Assembly: GCA_001662655.1 (NCBI GenBank)
Contig: KV460231.1
DNA from: Pseudogymnoascus verrucosus
Lineage: Eukaryota
Length of the DNA stretch: 64,000 bases
Strand: one strand, 5' to 3'
In this document: positions 49,965 through 61,570 of the stretch, piece after piece
How the letters are laid out: every line of letters begins with the position of its first letter
Numbering within the stretch: position 1 is the first letter of the stretch
Program-made: the position numbers and the translations under genes
Notes under the pieces: generated by a model
Told to the model about the DNA's origin: nothing
Database searches by the model: none
Seen by the model: only the letters and a program-made list of their open reading frames with translations

Positions 49965-50345
49965 TAGTAGGTATAAAATAGAATAGGTACCTTACTTAGG
50001 TAGGTAACTTATATATAAAATACATTATTCCTATTCTTACCCTATCTATATAGGCTCTACTTATATTACTTATACCTCCTACTATTATATAAGCTATTCT
50101 ATATGTAAAACTATTTTATATAACACTAGTTTTAGGATGTTGTTAAATAATGCTACCTAATTCTTAGGGCTATAATTATATTTAGCCCTAGCCTAATTAA
50201 CATAGTTTACTCCTCTAGTATAGGTTATAGAAGAAACCTGCCTTAGTACTAGGACTACCCCCTTTCTAAGTTATGTATAGTATAACGCTACTCTTCCTTC
50301 CTATATAAGTACTTCATCTTATACTTAGAAATGAGTAAGGTCTAT
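49965..50345. other. Very AT/TpA-rich block, probably a heavily RIP-mutated repeat relic
   Basis: Sharp compositional shift with near absence of CpA/TpG. Confidence 0.6.
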
Positions 50346-51370
50346 AAGCGCTTGCAAACGACAAACAGTTGGTTGATTCTAAAAGCGAGAAATGACGATG
50401 TGAGCATTAAAATGAGAATCACTTGGCTCCTTCTGCCATTAGACCGAGAATCACTTGGCTGATACTTAGCTCCTTCCGGAATCTGCTTAGGCCATAGCGT
50501 TGAGGCTACGGCGCTAAGGCGACAGCTTTGCACAGCCTGGAACCAGTACCCCACTAAACCCCACTAAACGGCCAGTCGACCAGAAGTTGGCCATCAAGCG
50601 CTTAAACAGTACCGCATGTTCTCGAAGGCCACCTTCTTTCTACCATGGTAGTTGCCGTTCCAAACGTTGTATAGGGAGAGCCTACTTAGAGAGTCTATGT
50701 AAGGGGGGAATATTATTCGGGAGGGCGTGCGTGTGTACGTATAGGCAGAGGCCTCGTGTGTGTCATTGTGGGGTTGTGGCATTGTGGGTACGGGGGAGAG
50801 ATATGTGTGGGTATAGAGAGGCCTAATACGCGGGGTATGGGAGAAAAGCCGAAGCTAAATGTTACATACAGGCCTACTACTACCTATTATAGTCCGTATA
50901 TGTACTATTAGTATTCACTCGGATATCCTCGGAGCATCTAGAGGTTAAGGGGAGGTTAGGGTCCAGACCCATTTTAGTACTAGTAAAGACAGGCATGACA
51001 TGTATACCTAACACAGAGTGATATACTCGAAGTGTCTACAGGTAAGGAAAGGTGCAGACGGCTAATGCCACGCTAGAAGCCATCCACGCCAGCCATTCCA
51101 TGCACCGTTGCCCACGCCGAACGTTCCCGTACTAACGGCCTGCCTATTTGGGCAAGTCGGGTTGTTGCTGTACTGTACAAACCGGCAGGGGTTTGCTTCT
51201 TCCCCTCCCTTGTTCCCTGTCATGTCGTGGATCATCCTCCCCGCAGATTGCTATGTAACCATCCTTCTTGAATGACCATCTTATTATAAACTAATCCCCT
51301 CTAATCCCCTCCGCACACTCTAAGGTTGACAGGTTGGATATCGAATACTCGGAGAATACGACAAGGCACA

Positions 51371-53288
51371 ATGTCTTCAAAACCTTTCAACGACGATCCT
51401 GAGAAGGATGGTGGTTATGGTGCACCATCCCCCATGAGCGTGAACAGCGACGGCCAACCCGCAACCCTCCACGTCGAAGACCAACAAAAGGGTCCTATGA
51501 TGAGTCGCTTAGTCGACAGTTTTAAACGCGACCCCAACGCCTCCAGCGGAGCCCGTACCTACAAGGCCGAGGACGGCGGTTTCGATCATGAGGGTGCCGC
51601 GCAGCGCACTGCCAACTCTGGCCTCGCTCGTAAGCTTAAGGGCAGACATCTGCAAATGATTGCCATCGGTGGTTCAATTGGCAAGTTCTACCCGAATTGA
51701 TTAGAGAAAGAGGCGTCGCTAACTGTCCCTAGGTACTGGTCTTTTTGTTACATCTGGCGCTGCTCTTTCCAGGGGTGGTCCCGCATCTCTGATCATTGCA
51801 TACGGAATCATTGGCATAATGTTGTTCTGCACCGTTCAGGCACTCGGCGAGATGGCCGTTATTTTCCCCGTGGCCGGATCTTTCGCTGCGTATTCCACAC
51901 GGTTCATTGATCCTGCTTGGGGTTTCGCCATGGGATGGAACTATGCCGTGCTGTGGTTGATCGTTCTTCCGCTCGAAATTGTCGCCGCGTCCATTACTGT
52001 CTCTTTTTGGCCAGGAGCTGCCGATACCAACTCTGCCGCATGGGTCACCATATTCTTCGTATTGATCGTTTCCATAAACTTATTCGGCGTGCGAGGATAC
52101 GGCGAGGCTGAATTCGTCTTCTCGATTATCAAGGTCATCGCTGTTATTGGCTTCATCCTATTGGGTATAGTCCTCAACTGCGGTGGTGGCCCCGTTGGTG
52201 GCTATATTGGCGACAGGTACTGGAAGCCCAACGGCGTCCTACCAGACTACCAAGGATATATCCAGAACCCCGACGCCGCACCCGGATCAATCGTTTCTGG
52301 TCCTTTCAACAATGGATTCAAGGGCCTTTGCAGCGTCTTTGTCACAGCTGCCTTCTCCTTCGCTGGTACTGAGCTTGTTGGTCTGGCCGCTGCTGAATCT
52401 GACAACCCGCGCAAGACCCTCCCAACCGCTATCAAGCAGGTGTTTTGGCGTATCTTACTCTTCTACATGGTCTCATTGACCATCGTGTCCCTCTTGGTTC
52501 CATACGGAGACTCTAGACTCCTCGGCGCTGGTTCTACCGATGCCAAGGCCTCACCTTTCGTCATCGCCATCGAAAACGCCTCAATCTCCGTTCTGCCATC
52601 GATCATGAACGTTGTAGTACTCATTTCCGTTCTGTCCGTCGGTAATTCTGCCGTGTATGGCTCATCCCGTACCCTGGCCGCTCTCGCAGAGCAAAACCAA
52701 GCGCCACGCATCCTGGCATACATTGACCGGAAAGGACGCCCAATAGTCTCCATTGGGATTGCATCGGTTTTCGGTCTCCTCGGTTACGTCGTCGCTGGTG
52801 GACCGAAAACCTCCAGCACCGCTCTCAACTGGCTATACTCCCTCGCTGGGCTCTCGTCCATCTTTACATGGGGTTCCATTTGCCTAGCTCACATTCGCTT
52901 CCGCGCTGGGTGGAAGAAGCAAGGCCATTCCCTCGACGAGCTCGCATTCCGCTCCCAAGTCGGCGTCTATGGCTCCTGGGTCGGCTTTATCCTCAACTGC
53001 CTTGTGCTCGTTGCTCAATTCTGGACTGCCATCTGGCCTATTGGCTATGGGAGCCTGACCTCCACTGAGATAGCCGAGAGCTTCTTCTTAGCATATCTTG
53101 CGGCACCCGTGGTGTTGCTATGCTACTTCCCTTATAAGTTCTACTTTAAGACACCCTTCATGCGCTCGCACAATATGGACTTGGTTACTGGTCGTCGTGA
53201 GCACGATACTGCTGAGCTGATCGAGGAAGAGATGATGGAGAAGCGGTCGTGGCCCATGTGGAAGAGAGCGTACAAATATGTATGTTAG
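51371..53288 (+). CDS. Amino acid permease (APC/YAT family, Gap1-like), 2 exons
   Basis: LARKLKGRHLQMIAIGGSIGTGLF across a GC-AG intron (51681-51732); FSFAGTELVGLAAAE; ASPFVIAI; ~12 TM segments; intact frame. Confidence 0.93.
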
Positions 53289-54093
53289 GTTAGATTCGTG
53301 CTTTAGCTTAAGTGTCGGATATTTTCAGAATGGGACTAGATATTAGATGATTTTTATTGAATGCACCAATTTGAATTTAGTCAACGTCAACGTCAAAGAG
53401 GATCTCAGCGCAGAGTTCAAGGTGCCAAACATCGTTGTCGTTCTAATAGTCGCCTGCAGACACGCTACAAAAGAGACTGCTAAAAGCCGTCCATTTAGCT
53501 ATGCCCCTTTAGTATTAAATCTAAAGAAAGAGGGAATAGATCTTACAGCCGATTTGCAAGTCATGCTTAGTAGAAAGAAATTAGCACTCATTATTTTCAA
53601 GGGTTCTTCTAGCGGATATGGAATCCTAGGGATAGAGAGGGTTACGTAGAGATTTTATATAGATTGAAAGTAGAGAAAACAAAAGTTGAACTTAGGCAGC
53701 ATCTATAGAGGACCAATCTGCAATCCGCTTACCCCTTCCGCACATAGCCGGCCATTGAACTTTCGATAGGAACTGCTTGACTTTTGTTGATGCGCTGAGC
53801 TTGTTGTACTGGACTCGAGGATCTCCTTCTACACAAAACCAGTTAGTCTTCTAGTATTTCGATAGGCATGCATTAACTTTCTTGACGCACCCGAGCTTGC
53901 AGTTCGTCGCTGTGGTTGGTGGCGGGGTGGGGGCACGATTATACCCCCATCTATCCTATAGGAATTCCGGCGCCCGGTCTTAGGTCTTTGCCGTCATGCA
54001 CGCTTCTGGTGTTCGAACGTATTCCACTAGTGTGCTGTCTGTCGCCGTTATTCACTATCGTATCCTGTGCCAGGGTATTCTCGTCTCTCGAAT

Positions 54094-54810
54094 CTAACAC
54101 TTTCCCTTTGCGGAGAATGATTCTCTATGGATTCGTGGGTTCTTATTGTTAGGTTCCCGAGAAGTCTCGGATTCTTTATCTCCACTTGATCTCCAACGTG
54201 GAACTAGACTGCAGAGCAGTGGTATACATGCGACGATGATGGCGGCGTTATTTTCAGCGTGGCTGAGACAGTATATGATAGTATATGTCCAGTCGGACTT
54301 AGTTTTGTGATAAAGCATGCGTTGAAAGCTGAGCTTGAGCCTCACCGCAGCCATGGCAGTAACGCTATTGTAACACTTGTGAGTAATGTCTTCGCTGAAT
54401 GAAACTGCATGAGATAGGGAAGAAATGGTAATTCAAACTCTCTTACCATAAACTTAGTGCGAAAGACAATACGACGGCCAGCCGGGACCGAAGTTTTGTA
54501 TTCCGTAATCTCCATACAAGAACGCATGGAATGGGAAAGACCAAGAGGTCGGTAAACATGTTAGACGTAACGATGAAGACGTAGACTATAGCAGCTTGCC
54601 AGGGATCCAGACACGATAACCCGTTGAATACAGTAGCTCCTGAAGTATTGCCCGACCTAGGCGGGCACATGAATATAAGGGCAAGCCAAGGCCCTAGGCA
54701 GGCACCTGTATTGAAAGCGAGGATAATGTAGAGGGCAATCCTGATGCTGTTGATAACCGATGCGACTCTGAAAAGAAGAAGAATGATAGAGGTTCTAACG
54801 AGCGGTAGTA
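54094..54810 (-). pseudogene. 3' remnant of a PTH11-like integral membrane (fungal rhodopsin-domain) gene
   Basis: RTSIILLLFRV, IFMCPP, NMFTDLLVFPIP..VWRL, AENNAAIIVACIP; the 5' half is replaced by DUF3505 sequence. Confidence 0.7.
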
Positions 54811-55811
54811 TGAGGCAGTGCAAGGCTGGCTGCTGTCCCTGGTATACCATGCGGAAGACAAAGCAGAGCAGCTGCTTCCAGGTCTTCTTATACGTCCTGT
54901 ATGTGCCTTCCTTTAATCTATGGGCTAGGGCGATCTGATGCCTTTGAAGTCCGTGAGCCTGAGCGGAGGAAGCTGCTGATACGCTGCTGATCAAAGGCAT
55001 TGATTTTGCCTTGCTTTATAGACTCGCGCGCTTGTTCAACTAGCCTGTCAAAGGAGTCTAGGATGGCGATAAGATCAGGCTCTGGCTTAGATGATGAGTG
55101 CGGGAGGGCTATAAGCCAAGCTGCTGCTCCGAGGTTACGGCCTTGCAGGTATCGAACCCACTCTGTAGTCTGTAGCCATGCCGACTGCTCTGGTGGGCGT
55201 TGGAGCACTGAGCTAGCTGCCTCATCCGACACCCGCATCTTCTCTGTCAACTGCAGTTCGACCTGGCCCTCAAGCGAAGCAGGAGGCGGCGGAGGCGAGC
55301 TAGACGTCGCGCTGTTGCCTAGCTCGAGGGGCACTGCTACTCGGAAGTTGCGTCGAAAGTTGCTCACGTGGAATGCCTGGTACCACACAGGAGATAGAGT
55401 AACAGTGGGGAAGGCAGTTGCTCTCCCCTTGGCTACGTCTGCCTTTTATGTGCGGCCACCCTTACACCCACTACTCCATGCATGGGCCTTTTTTAGGTGT
55501 TCCTGCATGCTCCGAACGCTCCCACATATGTAGGCCCGCTCCTGACAAAGAAGACAACAAACTCCGTTGCTATAAAGGGCAAGCTTCGGGACTGGCCGAG
55601 CATCTTCTGGAACATCTAACTGCTGGATGACCTCCGCAGGCTGGATTGGCTTGTTCGCCCAGAGCGCGATACAGTCCCTCCTCTCAGACAGCGTCACCTG
55701 GTCCTTATGCAAGTTGGAAAGATGCGATCCAACTGTGCCTGGGGCAAGGGCAAACTTGCAGCGGGTACAAATAAGAACTCCGAAGTTGGGATTGAACTCT
55801 AGGAAATCCAT
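54811..55811 (-). pseudogene. 5' fragment of a DUF3505 (OrsD-like) gene of the type found at the N-terminus of mobile RecQ/telomere-linked helicases
   Basis: FNPNFGVLICTRCKFAL...SHLSNLH; CCLLC...YIC...MQEHLKKAH; WLQTTEWVRYL; TYRTYKKTWKQLLCFVFR. One stop (55446) and a frameshift (~54930); truncated. Confidence 0.65.
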
Positions 55812-57086
55812 TATAAAATTTGAGGGGGTTGGACAAGGTGGTAGATAGTGAGAAAGCCAGAAGGCTTAGATAAAATTGAAATTCAATAGCTTACTTAGAC
55901 TTACCTTAACACTGCTCTCAACAGCTTTAATTATGTCGTACGCCTAACGCGCCTACTTGCTAGGCCAAAGGTGACAGGACGAAACGCGAATCAATTGAAG
56001 AAGCGAATCCCTGCAATAATCATGTCGCGTCCGCCGCAACCCTCTCCGGCGTCAAACGCCGAACGCCCCAACTGTCAGGGGGGTTGAGGGTTTAGGCGAA
56101 ATGAGACGAGTAGACGCCAGACATACTGCTGCTCTAGCTCAAACCCAAGCCCAACCAATCAGGGCTTAAGAAAGTAGGAGGCTAGGCTCCCCCCGACGGG
56201 GCATCATGGTACAGGATAGGATAGGTTGGTTTCCGCAGACAATTAAGGATAGGATAGGACTGTACTGCCCGGACACGACAAGTAAGGATAGGTTTGGCTC
56301 ATATATAGTCGTTTGTGCCAAAACGCCTGTTAGGTTACTTGCGCATTTATGTTTTTAATAACCGAAAATCGGTCACACGGGCCATATAAGACATACTGAG
56401 GTCGAAACACAGACAGGCGGCGATATAGGTGGGCGTTTATTACCGTGCTTTCACTTGCTTGCTCAGCATTATATATCCATGGCGGCTGGGGGGTATCGAC
56501 AGAAGGGCTACTATAGTGGATCCACTTTGAATCCCGGACAATGTGTCGACTTCAAGAGGGAGTATAATTTGAAGGATACAGAAAGAAAACTTGACAGAAC
56601 TGGATACGTGACGCGACGCGTGGTCGCGAAAGACTCTTGACCTCAACGTCGTGTTCTTGCTATGGCCAATAGGCGAGCACCATGAGGAATCTAGCCAAAT
56701 ATAGAAACGTCTAGTCGGAACTCACTTAACTCTATTTGGAGCTAGTGGGTTCTGACTCCGCGTTTCAAGTGCAATCGAGCACCGTTACCTAATCGGGAAG
56801 GCGTCTGGGAACTGAACTGAGATTACATCAAAGAAGGTTAGCCTCAAGTGCGATCCGAGCTGAAATTTACTATATTGGGACAAGGGGTGGGATCTCAGTT
56901 GGATCGTAGGGAGCCTATATAATAGGCCGGGACGACCACCGCTAACGGGAGAGGGCGCCTAGTTTTCCATAATGATATCGTCGCCGAGGATGGGTTTTTC
57001 GGCACGCAGGGACGCACGTTACTACGTATATTACAGTATTGAGTTAAAACAAAATCCAAACACATCATGCAAAGCCTTTCATAGTA

Positions 57087-57814
57087 TTATACTACCTCAT
57101 AATATAAGTCGCCAAGTTTATTAAGACATTCCTCAATCCATTCCTTGTTCCCAATGTCGCTATTTTCTGAAGCTCGTAGTAGTGCGTGTCTTAGCATGCC
57201 TTGCTTACTCTCCTTATCGAAAAGACTTTGTCCTATAATGCACTCTACATCGGCAGAATAATAACCCTCTATATTGCAGGCTCCTCTTTTCATGAAGTAA
57301 TAATAGCCTAACATCTCGCCACGCGCCGATTTGTAGTGCAATCGTCTAGCAGTATGTCAATCGGGTGCTTCAGATCTTGGAGAACAAAATCAATCCCTGT
57401 TCCCTTCCCAAAAGGTACGCCGTTACACCCCACCCCCGACCCTAGTTTTGGCCAAGGTGAGCACTCTTTATCCCGCTTCAGATACCGATGAATGTTTTCT
57501 TTTTCGAAAGGCTTATCTGCTGCAAGATAGAAAGCCACAGCTGCATCGCGAATTAAAGATATTCCAAGCTCTTCTAGTTCCTTAATCAACACAGATGCTC
57601 CATTATTCTCACTAATGACCATGTCTAAATCCCAAGAAACAAATGTGGACCTGCTGTAAAGATTTTGCTTCTGAGTCTCAACATTTTGCCATATAATAAG
57701 AAATTGTTTCCCTACTGCGCCATACTCTCCTTCCCCCAAAAGAACAGCAGGTTGTTTGAGCTTTATCGTAGTTTCTGTGTGGTGAGCACTTGTTTCATCT
57801 CTTATCAAAAACAT
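57087..57814 (-). pseudogene. Frameshifted hypothetical gene fragment
   Basis: Overlapping ORFs 57308..57814 and 57087..57341 look like one protein split by a frameshift; no family recognised. Confidence 0.35.
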
Positions 57815-58123
57815 ATAAGAGGCAAATGTATTCTTTTTACGATCGTAAAAAGAATAGGCTTGCCCGACTGAATCCTACGATGGAGAATCATAGGTGTGCC
57901 GACTATAGGGCTCGCCCTGCCGAATCCGACATGACGTAGAATTATGCGCCGACTATAGACTGAATCCACATGATAGAGAATTAAATGCCATTTATCGTAA
58001 GTATAAGGTAGGGGATCGAAGTACGAGTACGGGACATTACATCTCTCGGTGTAGTTTTAACGAACGGCGAGAAACACCATAAGCATTTCGACATTCAGGC
58101 CTTATATTATCTCAAATGGGAGT

Positions 58124-58266
58124 CTATTTTAGGAAACATTAAGGTAGAGCAAGGCATAAAATTATAAATGGATAACAATTTTCTCCCTCTGCGTTATAAT
58201 CACCCGTTGCATCCCATCCCCCTCCGCGTCAACCGTATAATCACCCCGTCTGTCGTACCTGCATCC
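58124..58266. repeat. Copy of the P450 3' end and downstream region (matches 61365-61623)
   Basis: Shared ctattttaggaaa..ggtagagcaa..ataacaattt..ccctctgcgtt..ataatcacccgt..cccgtctg..acctgcatcc. Confidence 0.75.
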
Positions 58267-58297
58267 CCCACCCTCCTTCTAACAGTCCTAGCCTCCC

Positions 58298-60001
58298 CTA
58301 TCTATCCATTGCAGCTAGCCTTCCTGTTAAATCCGGATAATATACCCCTCTTAGCACCCCCGAGTAAACATCTCCACTCTCTCCTGTCATCGCCCGATCA
58401 CTCTGCCGGGCCACTAATGTCGCAAACCCTAGTAGCACGAGGCTAGCAAGCTGCTGGCATGAAATATTTCCCACGATGGTGAGAAAGAAGACAAGCTGTA
58501 GGGCGTGGAATAGGAAGCTAGTGACCAGGTTCGGTTGCGGCAGCCCTGGGTTAGTGGGCGGAAGGTAGGGCGGTATAGATGTAGTGTAGAGGTAAGCGGT
58601 GTGAGTTTCTGTAGGGCTGGTTGGCTGCTGGAAGGGTGGTAGAAAGTCGTCGTTAGTGGTTGATCGGATGAAGTCAGGAACGAAAGCAGCCGCTTCTCCC
58701 ACCACTTCTTCGACCCCTTCGTCCTCTGTCACGTCCACGCTTACGACCAGGTTTGTGTCCGAAGTCGTAGCAGGAGCGTGCCTCTCTAACCACCGGAGCC
58801 ACCTATCCCCCTCCTCGTGATCCGCCTCGACCTCCCCAAGTTTTCCCTTCCACTCTCTCTTCAGCTCCCAAGCCTCGCCATCACCAACCTCTCCAAACGG
58901 CTTTAGTTTCATGAACCGCACCCACCCCTCCACCACCTCCGCCACCCTTTCATCCCCCACCTCAAACCACTCAACATGCGTCATATGTATATTACAGCCC
59001 CCCTGGCCCACAAACCTCGACACATCCTCTCTCCGCCTCGCCGCAGCAAGATGCTTCTGCACCAAATGCTCCACCTTCATTGCATGCCTTGTTTCTAGTT
59101 GGAATACAAGATCTTCGCATCTATATCCACACCCGCGGGAAAGCTCGCCACGGCGCCTGCCGAAGTCGTTCGTGATGCCGATCTTGATATATGGGCTCCC
59201 TATCACCTCACGGAAGCCGTAGATGATGCGGCCCGAGATTTCTGCGGGGCTGAGGGCCTGTTCGAGTTTGGTCTGGAGCGCGCGGGATATTTCTTGTGGA
59301 GAATGGGTGGTGTAGGGGCTGTAGGAGCGAATATGTGCAGGGATGGCGGGAGGATTGTTGGTTGCAGCTGGCTGTGGGGCTAAAGTGCTTGTTAAGGATG
59401 GTAGGTGGGTTGGATCATCGTCTTGATCTAGAGGTAAGGTAGATATTTCGAGGTCCGCGCTGCCGCCTGAGATATCTGAATGGACAGATGAGTTGCTGTT
59501 GTCGTCGGAGAAGTATGCGGAGTCTTCGAAGTCATCTATATCCGGGTGTTCCTGTCTTGCATTAGTTTGAAAGCAGGTAGCAGCATGGTGGGAGCTTACC
59601 TGGGTATCTAGGTCATTAGATGGAAAATAGTCATCTTCGTGGTTCTGATCATTTTCATCACCATTATCGCTCCTTCCATCTGAGTCATCTTCATCGATGT
59701 GATCTTCGGCCCATCGTGCAATCCAGTGCTCACAAAGTAACTGTTGATTGATCGTACTGCGGTGGTTTGCGGGACATAGCATCAGCCCTGCTAGTTCTCG
59801 CAAAACATCGTCTCGTGGTCGACTCCCTTCCTGAACGAGCTCTGTCACATTTGCCAGGATCTGTTCTCTATCCCCATCACGCGCTTTCAACTTCCTAGAG
59901 CACCTTTGCTCTCTGCCACCAAGCTTTCGCGTTTTATACCACAGGCACTTGCCATCCCAACTATCTAGACGCTCTAGCGGCCTGAGGATCCAATCGCCCA
60001 T
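58298..60001 (-). CDS. T5orf172 / MUG113-like (GIY-YIG-related) domain protein
   Basis: Open 567-aa frame: IIYGF...YIKIGITNDFGRRRGEL...CG...KVEHLVQKHL...C..H..HVEWFEV; acidic linker; hydrophobic C-terminus. Confidence 0.75.
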   Translation of the reverse strand: MGDWILRPLERLDSWDGKCLWYKTRKLGGREQRCSRKLKARDGDREQILANVTELVQEGSRPRDDVLRELAGLMLCPANHRSTINQQLLCEHWIARWAEDHIDEDDSDGRSDNGDENDQNHEDDYFPSNDLDTQVSSHHAATCFQTNARQEHPDIDDFEDSAYFSDDNSNSSVHSDISGGSADLEISTLPLDQDDDPTHLPSLTSTLAPQPAATNNPPAIPAHIRSYSPYTTHSPQEISRALQTKLEQALSPAEISGRIIYGFREVIGSPYIKIGITNDFGRRRGELSRGCGYRCEDLVFQLETRHAMKVEHLVQKHLAAARRREDVSRFVGQGGCNIHMTHVEWFEVGDERVAEVVEGWVRFMKLKPFGEVGDGEAWELKREWKGKLGEVEADHEEGDRWLRWLERHAPATTSDTNLVVSVDVTEDEGVEEVVGEAAAFVPDFIRSTTNDDFLPPFQQPTSPTETHTAYLYTTSIPPYLPPTNPGLPQPNLVTSFLFHALQLVFFLTIVGNISCQQLASLVLLGFATLVARQSDRAMTGESGDVYSGVLRGVYYPDLTGRLAAMDR

Positions 60002-61230
60002 AATGTAAATCGGAATATAAATCGGAATATAACACGGTAAACCAAGTGGACCAAGTGCCTGGACAGTAGCAACACATTCTGTGCTACTCTATCTTATATA
60101 TATCTCTCTAACCCTAGAGCACTAGGCCTCTCACCCCTGGCCAATGCAGCCTGGCAGGAGCATGTTTCCAACCACTGCCACCAACCGACAGAGAGTGTTT
60201 CCAGCGAAGGGAGCACCTCCCATTCATGCAATACGCAACAAAGCAAGCCAAATAGGCCCCTAGGGCTCTCTCCAACAACTCTAACCCGGGAAGAGCAAGA
60301 CACACATATCACTAGCCAGTCACCAACCCCGAAGACCACGAATGCATAAACCCCAGCCACATAACCAACAGCGAATTCAGAACTCAACCCCTTCGCTTAC
60401 GCAAAAACAGCCTGGAATATACCTTTCACCTACAAGCGCCACACAAGCGAGGCAGTGTTCCCCTCTGTAGTGGTTGCACACAGCCCTCCCTCCCCTTGTC
60501 AGTGTATCATAGCTCGCCCTGCACCCTCCAACACCTCTCAGGCTCGCGACAACGAGAGTGACGAGTGAAGCCACATTAAACTCTCCCAGAGCGATTCCTA
60601 CCTACAAGGCTAGCCTCGACTTTACATGCGCTGACCAGACAACTTAGTGTGGCGCCTGGCCGCACCAGCCACAGCCAGGCTCTCCTCATCGCGACATTTG
60701 TACAGTACTGTACGTACAGCGAATGGCCGCTGATATCAATGTCAACCTACCGTCCCAGCATCCATAGACCAACAGAGCCCACCGTTAGACACTAATATAG
60801 GCCACTGTTAGAGACGAGCCAGTTTTGGCGTAACTTCCACTTAAACCTGTGCACTGCAACTCTCGGGTCTGCTTAAGAAATGTCCTAATTGGCATACGTG
60901 CATATAGCCGCCGTACCGGAGCGCGGACGCGAAACGCGACCCGTCCCATCCACAAACGCCACCAAAGAAATCTCCCAATTTGGCTAGTAAGCCAGCGATA
61001 ACGAACAGCCAAGTCACATAAGTACGTGTAGATTGAGTTCAGGTGTAGATTTGAGACGACTAAGTGACGTAGAAAAGGTCGTCCGATATTATACTAGAAG
61101 TGGGGTGGAGCTCGAGAGTGCGCAGCTAGGCTATGGTTGACCGTGTATACTGACAGTGACACCCCAGATCTACCCCTGTACAACCTATAACACCTTTTTA
61201 CAATACATTCTACTCTTTGAAACCAATCCC

Positions 61231-61332
61231 ATGGCTTCCGTTTTGAAACGGGCTAGAAGGTCTATTCGAAGAGCTCTGTCTCTGCCCATACGTTTTCCAA
61301 CTAGCGGCTTCAAGATAATCAATTCATCAGAG
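61231..61332 (+). pseudogene. Orphan 5' fragment resembling the N-terminus of fungal SRPK-like kinases
   Basis: MASVLKRARRSIRRALSLPIRFPTSGFKIINSSE with no downstream kinase domain. Confidence 0.35.
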
Positions 61333-61570
61333 GTAAGAACCGCACCGAGAGGAAGGGGTAGGTGCTATTTTAGGAAAGGTAGAGCAATGCATATAATTAT
61401 AACAATTTCCTCCCTCTGCGTTAACTGCATAATCACCCGTCGCATCCCATCCCCTCTGCGTTAACCGAATAATCCCACCATTCTCGCCCATCCCCTATCC
61501 CCCCGCGTCAATCTCATAACATACGCCTACATCCGGCACATCATATCACCCCCCTCCCCCCATCCTCCCC

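Noticed and set aside
57860..57990. Imperfect gactgaatcc / gccgactatag repeats
   Set aside because: Short, irregular and degenerate; cannot be assigned to any element.
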